Notes: generated by a model not told the origin, from the letters alone. A stretch of 64,000 bases of DNA from Branchiibius sp. NY16-3462-2 (GCF_001594145.1 NZ_LVCF01000042.1:21836-85835); one strand, 5' to 3'; numbered from the stretch's first letter, positions 8,974 to 17,597 are shown. Numbers and translations are program-made.

Positions 8974-9725
8974 GCTGCACCAACCTCCAGGTTCACCATC
9001 AGCCGGGCGATCTCCGTTGCGGGCATCGCCGGGTAGTCGCCCGCGATCCGCCCGTCGGCGACGACAAGGATGCGATCGGCGTACGACGCGGCGACCGGAT
9101 CGTGGGTGACCATCAGGATCGTCTGGTGATGCTCCTGGGCGGCAGCACGCAACAGCGCCAATACTTCTCGGGAGGTGCGGGTGTCCAGGTTGCCGGTGGG
9201 TTCGTCGGCGATGACCAGGTGGGGGCGTACGGCGAGTGCCCGGGCGATCGCGACGCGCTGCTGCTGACCGCCGGACAACTCCGCGGGACGGTGGGTGATG
9301 CGCTCCTTGAGACCCAGCGTCTGCGTCAGGTAGTCGATGCGCTCGCGGTCCTGCTCGCTTGGCGTGCGCCCAGCCAGGTCGAAGGGCAGCAGGATGTTCT
9401 CGCGGACGGTCAGCGTCGGGACCAGGTTGAACGCCTGGAAGACGAAGCCGATGTGGTCGCGGCGCAGTTGGGTGCGCCGGTCGTCGGACAGTTCGTGGAA
9501 GGGCTGACCGGCCAGCCACACCTGGCCCTTGCTCGGATTGTCCAGTCCTGCAGCGATGTTCAGCAGCGTGGACTTGCCGGAGCCGGACGGACCCATGATG
9601 GCGGTGAACTGGCTGGGCGCGATGTCGAGGCTGATGTCGGTGAGGGCGGGGACGGCACTGGGTCCATCGCCGTACCAGCGATCGACGTTGCGCATCCACA
9701 GGACAGGGGGTAGTTGTTCGGTCAT
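8970..9725 (-). CDS. ABC transporter ATP-binding protein (MacB/LolD-like)
   Basis: Walker [11 protein letters not shown]-loop FVFQAFNL, signature [15 protein letters not shown], Walker [14 protein letters not shown]-loop MVTHD. Start at MTEQLPP (ATG 9725-9723). Confidence 0.9.
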   Translation of the reverse strand: MTEQLPPVLWMRNVDRWYGDGPSAVPALTDISLDIAPSQFTAIMGPSGSGKSTLLNIAAGLDNPSKGQVWLAGQPFHELSDDRRTQLRRDHIGFVFQAFNLVPTLTVRENILLPFDLAGRTPSEQDRERIDYLTQTLGLKERITHRPAELSGGQQQRVAIARALAVRPHLVIADEPTGNLDTRTSREVLALLRAAAQEHHQTILMVTHDPVAASYADRILVVADGRIAGDYPAMPATEIARLMVNLEVGAA

Positions 9726-9831
9726 ACCCACGACGTTAGGAAGCGGCGGCCTCATCGCGCGTCGGCCTGTGGGAGGGTTCTGCCTACATCGCAGGATGTA
9801 CATCAGCAGCTGATCGACGAAAGGGCGGTCC

Positions 9832-10206
9832 ATGGATGGGTTAGTTGATGACGATGACCCATACTTCTCTGGCGGCCCCCGCGGCGACGGTCAGCGGATG
9901 GGGCCGCTGCCCGACGGCAACTGGTACGTCGTTGCCGCTGTTCCACAACGTTTTCCCGGCTGGCTTATCGAGGCGGGTGAGGGACTGGCGGGAGTCCCAG
10001 CGGGGATCGTTGCAGGGATCACCTATGGAGTGGCAAATGAACCCCCGTACGAAGCAAGGGTCTACAGCTACCAACGCAAGCGGCAGATGCGAAAGAAGCT
10101 CGTGTTCGCAGAGCCCTTCCCGACGATGGCCGAGGCGCGGGCCAGAGCACTAGAAATGCGTGATTCGCTGAAGTCGGGACATGTTCCCGATCGCTCAACG
10201 AAGTAG
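9832..10206 (+). CDS. Hypothetical small protein (orphan)
   Basis: 124-aa ORF in a patch that looks less GC-rich than its surroundings, divergent from the ABC operon. No motifs recognised. A competing out-of-frame ORF exists, so coding status is uncertain. Confidence 0.35.
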   Translation: MDGLVDDDDPYFSGGPRGDGQRMGPLPDGNWYVVAAVPQRFPGWLIEAGEGLAGVPAGIVAGITYGVANEPPYEARVYSYQRKRQMRKKLVFAEPFPTMAEARARALEMRDSLKSGHVPDRSTK

Positions 10207-10216
10207 CTCGCCTCGC

Positions 10217-10864
10217 TCAAGTAGCCAATCCGTGCTCATACGCATAGACGACCAGTTGCACGCGATCGCGCGCACCCAGCTTGGTCAGGATGCGCGAGAT
10301 GTGCGTCTTCACCGTTGCCTCCGAAAGGAATTCGGCGGCGGCGATCTCCGCGTTCGACAGGCCCTTCGCGGCCTGCAGCAGGATCTCGCGCTCCCGGGCG
10401 GTGAGTGAGTCGTACTCCGGACCAGGGTGGGCGCTGCGCCCCCGGAAGCGGGCGAACAACGCGCGGGTGGCACCGGCAGCGACCACCTGATTGCCCGCCG
10501 CGACTGAGCGGATCGAGGCCAGCAACATCTCGGGTTCCGCTGATTTCAGGACGAACCCGCTGGCGCCGGCTTCGATCGCCGCCACCGCCGACTCGTCCTC
10601 GTCGAAGGTCGTCAGCACCAGAACCTTCGGGGCATCCGCACCCATCGACTCCTGCAGGGTCCGGGTCGCGGTCACCCCATCCACGCGCGGCATCCGCACG
10701 TCCATCACGATCACATCCGGTTGCGCACTGCGCACGAGCGATGGCACCTCGCTGCCGTCGCCCGCTTCGCCGACAACCGACAAGTCGTCCTGCGAGGAAA
10801 TCACCATGGCGATGCCGGCCCGAAAGAGCGCCTGATCGTCCACCAGGGCAACGCGGATCGTCAC
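10217..10864 (-). CDS. Two-component response regulator, NarL/FixJ (LuxR) family
   Basis: Receiver motifs ALVDDQ, DVIVMDVRMP, KVLVLTTF. C-terminal LuxR HTH: LTAREREIL...GLSNAEIA...TVKTHISRIL. GTG start overlaps the kinase stop (GTGA). Confidence 0.9.
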   Translation of the reverse strand: MTIRVALVDDQALFRAGIAMVISSQDDLSVVGEAGDGSEVPSLVRSAQPDVIVMDVRMPRVDGVTATRTLQESMGADAPKVLVLTTFDEDESAVAAIEAGASGFVLKSAEPEMLLASIRSVAAGNQVVAAGATRALFARFRGRSAHPGPEYDSLTAREREILLQAAKGLSNAEIAAAEFLSEATVKTHISRILTKLGARDRVQLVVYAYEHGLAT

Positions 10865-12036
10865 CACTTGTCCTCCGGGATGAAAACGTCCACCTGCCAA
10901 CGGGTTCCGGCGTCGGCAGGTTCCGCACGCATCATGCCGCCCGCAGCAATCACCCGCTCCTGCATCCCCCGCAGGCCATGCCCACCGGTACCGACCGGCC
11001 GGGCCCCCGCAGCATTGGTCACGCTCAACCGGTACCCGTCGCTCCAGTCTTCGCGCACCCGCACCGGAGTGCGCAGATCGCCGTGTTTGAGCGCGTTGGT
11101 CAACGACTCGGTCAGGACCCGGCTGGCAGTGGCCGTGAGCTGGGGGTCCGCACTCGGCGTACCTTCCTGGGTCACCTCCAGGCTCACTCCCGCGTCGCGC
11201 AGGCGCTGGATCAGCGCGGCCGGCTGGTCCAGCGTCAGCGGCGCATCGGAGTCATCGTCCCGCAACCGGCTGAGCAGGCCACGGATGTCGGTCATGGCGG
11301 AGCGGGCGGTCTCCCCGATCACCGACAGCGCTTCCTCCGCGCGGTCCGGATCGGTGCGCAACAGATAGCGGGCGCCATCGGCCTGAGCGGCCACGACGGC
11401 CCACGAGTGGGCAACGACGTCGTGCATGTCCGAGGCGATCGCGATGCGCTGCTGCTGCTGGGTGACCAGGTCGCGCAGCCGGCGTTCCTCCGCACTCTGC
11501 AACTCCAGGCCCACCCGCTCGCGGATCACCTCGCGGCGCTGGTAGCGCAGGTAGCCGGTCACCCACCCGCCGAAGACGACCAGCGCGGTCAGGCCACCCA
11601 TGATCGCGCCCGCGATCAACCGGTGGGTCAGGTCGGTGGCGACCGCCGGCTCAGCGCCGCCCTGGATGGTGATCCACCCGGCCGCCACCAGGACCGCGAT
11701 AGTGCAGGCGATCAGGCCGAATCGACGTACGGCGCGATCCCGGTGCGCGCCCAGGCGAAAGGCGATCAGGGCGTAGCCCAGGTCGGCGACGTAGTTGATG
11801 TCGCCGTCGACCACCTGCCAGATGGCGGCGACGATCGCCAGGGCCACGCTGGCCGCAAGCCAGCGGCGACGGATCGCGAGGGCGACACCGAGCAGGATCG
11901 CCGCGGGCCAGGAGTGCAGTTCGTTGAGCGCGGTGATCGCGATCGGGACCAGGCCGATGAGGATGTCGATGATCCAGCCGCGCCGGGTGAGCGGCTGGTC
12001 CTCTCCCCACGGATCGAGCTGGGCGGTCCCGGTCAT
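10861..12036 (-). CDS. Sensor histidine kinase, HisKA_3 type
   Basis: N-terminal hydrophobic helices, phospho-acceptor box DMHDVVAHSW, N-box LTESLTNALKH, G-box GHGLRGMQERV. Start at MTGTAQLDPW (ATG 12036-12034), 4 nt after the CDF gene stop. Confidence 0.85.
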   Translation of the reverse strand: MTGTAQLDPWGEDQPLTRRGWIIDILIGLVPIAITALNELHSWPAAILLGVALAIRRRWLAASVALAIVAAIWQVVDGDINYVADLGYALIAFRLGAHRDRAVRRFGLIACTIAVLVAAGWITIQGGAEPAVATDLTHRLIAGAIMGGLTALVVFGGWVTGYLRYQRREVIRERVGLELQSAEERRLRDLVTQQQQRIAIASDMHDVVAHSWAVVAAQADGARYLLRTDPDRAEEALSVIGETARSAMTDIRGLLSRLRDDDSDAPLTLDQPAALIQRLRDAGVSLEVTQEGTPSADPQLTATASRVLTESLTNALKHGDLRTPVRVREDWSDGYRLSVTNAAGARPVGTGGHGLRGMQERVIAAGGMMRAEPADAGTRWQVDVFIPEDKW

Positions 12037-12040
12037 CTCG

Positions 12041-13012
12041 CTAGTGCGCGTGGGCGGACGACTCGTGGGAGGCGTGGCTGACCGGTTCGAGTTGGAAGGT
12101 GGAGTGCTCGACGTCAAAGTGGCCAGCGATGCAGGCCTGCAATTCATCCAGCAGCCGTGCGGAGTGCCCATCGGTGAAGCACTCGTCCTCCACGACGACA
12201 TGCGCGGAGAGGGCCGGCAGGCTCGAGGTAACCGTCCAGACGTGCAGGTCGTGGACGCTGACCACGTGCTCCGGCTCCAGCAGATGAGCGGTGACGTCGC
12301 GCAGGTCGACCTCGCTGGGCGCGGCCTCCATCAGCACCCGGCCGCTATCGCGGGTGAGCGCCCAACCGGCGCGCAACATCAGGGCGACGACCACCAGGGA
12401 GGCGACGGCGTCGGCCCGCATCCACCCGGTGAGCAGGATGATCAGGGCTGCGATCGCCGTACCGATGAAGCCATAAAGATCAGTCAGGACGTGCTGGTAG
12501 GCGCCTTCGACGTTCAGGCTGCTGCGATTGGCGCGGGCCATGGCGGCGGCGGCCGCGATGTTGACGACCATGCCGATCAGCGCCACCACCAACACCAGCC
12601 CACCGGTCACTTCCGGCGGGTCGATCAGCCGGCGGATCGCCTCGATCCCGAGGACCGCGGCAAGCACGAGCAGCGTGATGCCGTTGCCAGCGGCTGACAG
12701 GATCTCGGCGCGTTTCCAGCCGAACGTCCACTTGCCGCGGGCCGGTTGGGCGGCCAGGTGCATCGCCCACAGCGCCGCCCCGATGGCAGCCACGTCGGAG
12801 AGCATGTGAGCCGCGTCCGAAAGCAGGGCGAGCGATCCGGAAATGAACGCCGTGATGACCTCGCCGACCATAAAGGTGGCCAGAAGGCCGAGGGCGATCC
12901 ACAGGTAGCGGCGGTCGGCGTCGGCGGAGATGGCGTGCGAGTGTCCGTCGTGGCTGTGCGCGTCAGCGGTTTCGGCCGCGCCGTGGGGGTCGGCGCCGGA
13001 GCACAGGCTCAT
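12041..13012 (-). CDS. Cation diffusion facilitator family metal efflux transporter (CzcD/ZitB-like)
   Basis: His-rich N-terminus (AHSHDGHSH) and C-terminus (HASHESSAHAH). TM2 site LLSDAAHMLSD and TM5 site HVLTDLYGF (HxxxD pairs). Start at MSLCSG (ATG 13012-13010). Confidence 0.85.
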   Translation of the reverse strand: MSLCSGADPHGAAETADAHSHDGHSHAISADADRRYLWIALGLLATFMVGEVITAFISGSLALLSDAAHMLSDVAAIGAALWAMHLAAQPARGKWTFGWKRAEILSAAGNGITLLVLAAVLGIEAIRRLIDPPEVTGGLVLVVALIGMVVNIAAAAAMARANRSSLNVEGAYQHVLTDLYGFIGTAIAALIILLTGWMRADAVASLVVVALMLRAGWALTRDSGRVLMEAAPSEVDLRDVTAHLLEPEHVVSVHDLHVWTVTSSLPALSAHVVVEDECFTDGHSARLLDELQACIAGHFDVEHSTFQLEPVSHASHESSAHAH

Positions 13013-13163
13013 GGCTCGAGTGTAGGTGGCTGGGCGTGATGTCCACGTCCTCCGTAGGGAACGGTGAGCCATGCGCGACGGCAGCGATCCCGCCGATCAG
13101 GACGAAGTCAACATCGTGGGTCCGTAGCACCGCCAGGAGAGCGGCCAGATCGAGTTCACGCAT
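12963..13163 (-). pseudogene. Truncated nucleotidyltransferase-like ORF (N-terminal ~45 codons only)
   Basis: MRELDLAALLAVLRTHDVDFVLIGGIAAVAHGSPFPTEDVDITP resembles the N-terminus of small nucleotidyltransferase-fold proteins paired with HTH genes. After this the frame becomes Arg/Pro-rich and runs into the CDF gene start. Overlaps the upstream XRE gene stop by 8 nt. Confidence 0.35.
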
Positions 13164-13467
13164 CGCGCACCGCCCGCAGCTGCGAACTCACCCGCTGATG
13201 TCGTTCCAGCCGTTCCTGCGGGCTGAGGTTGCGCAGGCGTTCGGCCTGGGCAAGGTCGCTGCCGTCGTAGGGAACGAGGGAGACCTCGAGGTCCAGACCG
13301 CACAACCGGACCAGTCGCCGTACGTCGCTCAGGCTCGGGTGGGTGCGCCCGGATTCCCAACGGGCGACACCGGATTGGGTGGTCCCGGCGAGGTCCGCGA
13401 GTTCCCGTTGGGTGAGGCCTGCGCGGCGGCGCGCCTCACGGATCAGGGCACCTTCGAGAGCCATCAC
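13156..13467 (-). CDS. XRE-family helix-turn-helix transcriptional regulator
   Basis: LIREARRRAGLTQRELADLAGTTQSGVARWESGRTHPSL is a canonical Cro/C1-type HTH. 103 aa. Confidence 0.75.
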   Translation of the reverse strand: MMALEGALIREARRRAGLTQRELADLAGTTQSGVARWESGRTHPSLSDVRRLVRLCGLDLEVSLVPYDGSDLAQAERLRNLSPQERLERHQRVSSQLRAVRDA

Positions 13468-13485
13468 AACAGCATAACCGATCTG

Positions 13486-14454
13486 TTATGTCGCTGACCC
13501 ATCCTCGTCGTCTGCTGGCGGCTCAGCGCCCGCCGCCTCGTCCCGCTGCGCCCAGTCCAGCAACGTCTCCAGCCCGTACGCCGTGTCGTCGATTCCCGCG
13601 GTCAGGTCACCGACCGCTGCATAGCGTGAGGGCATTGTGGCGATGGTGAAATCGTCCGGTTCGGCCTCGTCGACCTCTGCCCACAGCAGCGGTGCCGACA
13701 CCGTGCCCCGCGGATTGCCGCGCACCGAATAGGCCGCAGCCATCGTGTGATCGCGGGCGTTCTGGTTGTAGTCGATGAAGACGACATCCGAGGGCCGGTC
13801 CTTCCGCCACCACGTCGTGGTCGTCTCGGAAGGGGCCCGACGCTCGACCTCCCGACCGAAGGCCAGGGCGGCGCGGCGTACGTCAGCAAATCCCCAGTCC
13901 GGGCGGATCCGCACGTAGATGTGCAGTCCGTTGCCCCCGGAGGTCTTGGGATAGCCCTCGATGCCCAACTCGGACAGCACTTCGTGCGCCACGGCGGCCA
14001 CGCGGCGTACGCGGGAGAACGGGCAGTCCGGCATCGGGTCCAGGTCGATGCGCCACTCGTCGGGCGCTTCGACGTCGAAGCGGCGACTGTTCCACGGATG
14101 GAACTCCACGGTCGACATCTGAACGGCCCAGATCACGTCGGCGATCGAGGTGACACACAACTCGTCGGCGGTGCGGTTCCAACGTGGGAAGTGGATCTGC
14201 ACCGTCTCCACCCACGGCGGCGCGCCCCGGGGCAGCCGCTTCTGGTGCACCTTCTCGCCACTCACTCCGGTCGGGAAGCGGTGCAGCATGCACGGCCGGT
14301 CGCGCAATGCGCGCACGATGCCGTCGGAGACCGACAGGTAGTACTTCGCGAGATCCAGTTTCGTCTCGCCGCGCAACGGGAAGTAGACGCGATCAGGGTT
14401 GGAGATGCGGATCTCGTGCTCGCCCGCGGTGACCTCGGTGGACGGACTGGCCAT
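13486..14454 (-). CDS. Stand-alone LigD polymerase/primase domain protein (NHEJ PolDom)
   Basis: ISNPDRVYFP...TKLDLAKYY, HRFPTG...FHQK-like (EKVHQKRLP), EFHPWNSR, DLDP, TSGGNGLHIYVRI, VFIDYNQNARDHTMAAAYSVR. Start at MASPSTEV (ATG 14454-14452). No ligase or nuclease domain in the ORF. Confidence 0.85.
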   Translation of the reverse strand: MASPSTEVTAGEHEIRISNPDRVYFPLRGETKLDLAKYYLSVSDGIVRALRDRPCMLHRFPTGVSGEKVHQKRLPRGAPPWVETVQIHFPRWNRTADELCVTSIADVIWAVQMSTVEFHPWNSRRFDVEAPDEWRIDLDPMPDCPFSRVRRVAAVAHEVLSELGIEGYPKTSGGNGLHIYVRIRPDWGFADVRRAALAFGREVERRAPSETTTTWWRKDRPSDVVFIDYNQNARDHTMAAAYSVRGNPRGTVSAPLLWAEVDEAEPDDFTIATMPSRYAAVGDLTAGIDDTAYGLETLLDWAQRDEAAGAEPPADDEDGSAT

Positions 14455-14485
14455 GGCTCGACGGTAGACCTGCGACGATGGCGAC

Positions 14486-14758
14486 GTGGCAGCTAAACCA
14501 CCCCGGACGCTGTTCTCGGTCGACGCGGTCTTCCCCAAGTTGATGCTGATGTGCACCGGCGCGTTCGGCGGGTTGCTCCTGGCGATGGGGTTGCTCCTCG
14601 CGCTGCTCGTCGCGACCGGGCGCACCTCGGGTCCGACGACCATCTTGATGTGGTGCTGCATCGCCGTCGGGATCACGCTGATGGTGGTCTCTCGCGTCCT
14701 CTTCGGCCGGTTCATCCGGGGCTATCTGCACCCGACCGACGACACCTCTGTGGACTAG
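14486..14758 (+). CDS. Small membrane protein (hypothetical)
   Basis: 90-aa ORF with two clear hydrophobic helices (LMLMCTGAFGGLLLAMGLLLALLVA; ILMWCCIAVGITLMVVSRVLF). No homology recognisable. Confidence 0.4.
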   Translation: MAAKPPRTLFSVDAVFPKLMLMCTGAFGGLLLAMGLLLALLVATGRTSGPTTILMWCCIAVGITLMVVSRVLFGRFIRGYLHPTDDTSVD

Positions 14759-14825
14759 TTACCCATCGGTAGTGTGACCGAGGTAACCTTTGGGCCAGAT
14801 TTCCCGTGCATGAGAGGAAGCCGCA

Positions 14826-16610
14826 ATGGCTGCAGCCACCAACGTCCGCCAGAAGATCCACGTGACCGACGTTGCGAAGGGTCTGATCGGGATGGCTCCC
14901 GACCTCGGAACCCTCACCCGGGAAGGGCCGGGGCTGCTGCTGCGCAAGCCCACCGACAAGATGTCCGTCGGGCGGATGTTCGAGAAGACTGCGGCCAAAC
15001 ACCCGGACCGGACCTTCCTCAAAGGCGAGGACCACGTCACCTTCACCTACGACGCCGCGAACAAGCGGGTCAACCAGTACGCCCACGTCTTGAAGGAGGA
15101 CTACGGCGTCCGGCGCGGCGATGTCGTCGGGATCATGGCGCACAGCCAGGTCGAGTACATCCTCATGCTGCTGGCCGCGGTGAAGCTGGGTGCCATCGCC
15201 GGTCTGCTCAACTACAACCAGCGCGGTGACGTGCTCGCACACAGCCTGGGTCTGCTGGACTCCAAGGTGCTGCTGCTGGAGGACGGCATGCAGGAGGACC
15301 TGGCGACCGCCGGCGACGTGGGTGCGGCCCAGACGGTGCTGACCATGCCCGACCTGGCCAAGCTGGCCCGGGAGAAGGGCGTGACCAACCCGCCCGACTG
15401 CGCCGCGACGGTGGCCAAGGAGCAGGCGTACTACATCTTCACCTCGGGCACGACCGGTATGCCCAAGGCCTCGGTCATGAGCCACTTCCGCTGGCTGAAG
15501 TCCTACTCAGGTCTGGGCGCGCTCGGTGTCCGGCTGAAGTCCAGCGACACCATCTACTGCCCGCTGCCGCTCTACCACAACAACGCGGTCACCGTCGCGC
15601 TCAGCTCCGCGCTGGTCAACGGCTCCGCGTTCGCCGTGGCCAAGAAGTTCTCGGCCAGCAAGTTCTGGGACGAGTGCATCAAGTACGACGCCACCGCCTT
15701 CGTCTACATCGGCGAGTTGTGCCGGTACCTGCTCGCGCAGCCGGCCAAGCCGGTCGACACCCAGCACAAGGTCCGCGTCATCGTCGGCAACGGCTTGCGT
15801 CCGGACATCTGGCACGAGTTCCAGGACCGCTTCAAGATCAAGCGGATCGCGGAGTTCTACGGCGCCTCCGAGTGCAACATCGCCTTCATCAACGCCTTCA
15901 ACATCGACCAGACCGCCGGCACCTGCCCGTTGCCGTTCACGGTCGTCGAGTACGACCCGGAGACCGGTGAGGCCAAGCGCAACGACAAGGGCCGGTTGAT
16001 CAAGGTCAAGCACGGCGGCACTGGCCTGCTGCTGGCCAAGGTCAGTTCGCGCGCCCCGTTCGACGGTTACACCGACCCGGCCGCGACGGAGAAGAAGCTC
16101 TACCGCAACGCGTTCAAGGACGGCGACACCTGGTTCAACTCCGGCGACCTGGTGCACAAGCAGGGCCACCTGCATGTGTCCTTCGTCGACCGCCTGGGCG
16201 ACACCTTCCGCTGGAAGGGTGAGAACGTTGCCACCACCGAGGTCGAGGCCGTGCTCGGCAAGGCGCCCGGCATCGAGGAGTGCACGGTGTACGGCGTGGC
16301 CGTGCCCGGGACCGACGGCAAGGCCGGGATGGGCGCAATCGTGTTGCAGGAGGGCGCCGACTTCGACGGCGATCAGGTGGGCAAGGCGCTCACGACCGGA
16401 CTGCCGGCGTACGCCGTGCCGCTCTTCCTGCGCGTCGTGGACTCCCTGGAGCACACCTCGACCTTCAAGAGCCGCAAGGTCGAGCTGCGCGACGCCGGGT
16501 ACAGCGACATGGAGCACGAGGTCGTCTTTGTGCTGACCGACGGGAAGTACGTGCCGTACTACCCGGAGTACACGCAGGACGTCGCGGCCGCGAAGTACCC
16601 GCGCATCTGA
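14826..16610 (+). CDS. Very-long-chain acyl-CoA synthetase / fatty-acid transport protein family (FadD6-like)
   Basis: AMP-binding motif YYIFTSGTTGMPKASV, FYGASECN, WFNSGDLV, FVDRLGDTFRWKGENVATTEVE (FATP-type signature). GAGAGGAAG RBS upstream of the ATG. Confidence 0.9.
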   Translation: MAAATNVRQKIHVTDVAKGLIGMAPDLGTLTREGPGLLLRKPTDKMSVGRMFEKTAAKHPDRTFLKGEDHVTFTYDAANKRVNQYAHVLKEDYGVRRGDVVGIMAHSQVEYILMLLAAVKLGAIAGLLNYNQRGDVLAHSLGLLDSKVLLLEDGMQEDLATAGDVGAAQTVLTMPDLAKLAREKGVTNPPDCAATVAKEQAYYIFTSGTTGMPKASVMSHFRWLKSYSGLGALGVRLKSSDTIYCPLPLYHNNAVTVALSSALVNGSAFAVAKKFSASKFWDECIKYDATAFVYIGELCRYLLAQPAKPVDTQHKVRVIVGNGLRPDIWHEFQDRFKIKRIAEFYGASECNIAFINAFNIDQTAGTCPLPFTVVEYDPETGEAKRNDKGRLIKVKHGGTGLLLAKVSSRAPFDGYTDPAATEKKLYRNAFKDGDTWFNSGDLVHKQGHLHVSFVDRLGDTFRWKGENVATTEVEAVLGKAPGIEECTVYGVAVPGTDGKAGMGAIVLQEGADFDGDQVGKALTTGLPAYAVPLFLRVVDSLEHTSTFKSRKVELRDAGYSDMEHEVVFVLTDGKYVPYYPEYTQDVAAAKYPRI

Positions 16611-16619
16611 GGTCGTCGG

Positions 16620-16901
16620 TCAGATACGGCGCAGCCGGCCGTCGGAGTCGGCGGCCAAGGTGATCGCGGCGTCGCCGACCACGGGAATCGCCGTCGGCGA
16701 CGTGCCCGCGACGTAATGCAGTGCGGGGGGTCGTACGCCGGCTGCTTCCGCCTCCGCGGCGGGCAGTGCTGCCGTGCCGATCAACGCGACCGCCGCGGTG
16801 GCGCAGACCGCGCGGGCGGTCCGTGCGCCGCGTCGTCGCCCGGCCACCGGGGCCGGCGTCTTCGCAGAAGGGGTGTGGCCGAGGGCTGGGTAACTGGTCA
16901 T
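16620..16901 (-). CDS. Small putative secreted protein (hypothetical)
   Basis: Start at MTSYPALG. Arg-rich n-region (GRRRGART), hydrophobic core and AEAEAAG cleavage-like site. Short and without homology, so weakly supported. Confidence 0.35.
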   Translation of the reverse strand: MTSYPALGHTPSAKTPAPVAGRRRGARTARAVCATAAVALIGTAALPAAEAEAAGVRPPALHYVAGTSPTAIPVVGDAAITLAADSDGRLRRI

Positions 16902-16970
16902 GGGACCAGCGTGGTGAGGGTCTCTGTCACCCGTCTGTGTGGTCGTTGTGGTGACTGGAAGACTGAACAC

Positions 16971-17597
16971 ATGCGGCTGTTCCTCATCCGGCACGGTCAG
17001 ACGACCGCGAACGTGGCCCACGAACTCGACACCGCTCTACCGGGTGCACCGTTGACCGATATGGGTCGCCACCAGGCAGCCAGTCTCCCAGTCCGGCTGG
17101 CGCAGGAGCGGTTCGATGGGATCTGGTGCTCCCGTGCGCAACGGGCAAAGGACACGGCTGCGGCACTGGCCGAGGGCACCGGCCACTTGCCGCAGGTGAT
17201 GCCGGGCTTGCACGAGATCCAGGCCGGCGACCTGGAAATGTCTGCCGACCGCTCGGCCTGGCAGGCCTACCTCCAGCTGCTCGAACAGTGGATCCGGGGT
17301 GACCTCACCGGATCCGTGCCCGGTGGGGAGAGCGGTGCGCAGGCGATCGCCCGGTTCGACGCCGATGTCGCCGCGATCGAGCAGCAGGCGCCCCGACAGG
17401 CCGCGATCGTCGCCCACGGCGCCATCATCCGGCTCTGGTCGGCGACCAGAGCCGTGGATGCCGACCGGGAGTTCGTGATCCATCACCCCCTGAAGAACAC
17501 CGGGTATGTGGTGCTGAACGGCACTCTTGCGCAGGGCTGGTCACTGGAGGCATGGCACGGTGATCTGCCTCTCGTATCGCGTAACCTGCAACCGTGA
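16971..17597 (+). CDS. Histidine phosphatase family protein (phosphoglycerate-mutase-like)
   Basis: N-terminal catalytic RHG motif (MRLFLIRHGQTTAN) and a second His in IVAHGAIIR. Start at ATG 16971; the upstream part of the ORF is an artefact. Confidence 0.85.
   Translation: MRLFLIRHGQTTANVAHELDTALPGAPLTDMGRHQAASLPVRLAQERFDGIWCSRAQRAKDTAAALAEGTGHLPQVMPGLHEIQAGDLEMSADRSAWQAYLQLLEQWIRGDLTGSVPGGESGAQAIARFDADVAAIEQQAPRQAAIVAHGAIIRLWSATRAVDADREFVIHHPLKNTGYVVLNGTLAQGWSLEAWHGDLPLVSRNLQP

Noticed and set aside
7582-9699. Single 705-aa ORF suggesting a fused ATPase-permease
   Set aside because: The N-terminal ~240 residues are an out-of-frame read-through of the ATPase gene (Arg/Pro-rich, no Walker motifs). 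The genuine ATPase is in another frame (8970-9725). The permease starts at the GTG overlapping its stop.
9785-9804. Idea that the TACATC repeats are NarL-type heptamers (TACYYMT)
   Set aside because: Position 4 is A, not a pyrimidine, so the match to the NarL consensus fails. Reported only as an unexplained repeat.
10405-12081. 558-aa plus-strand ORF spanning the response regulator and kinase genes
   Set aside because: It is antisense to two genes with canonical two-component motifs, and its sequence is Pro/Arg/Gly-rich.
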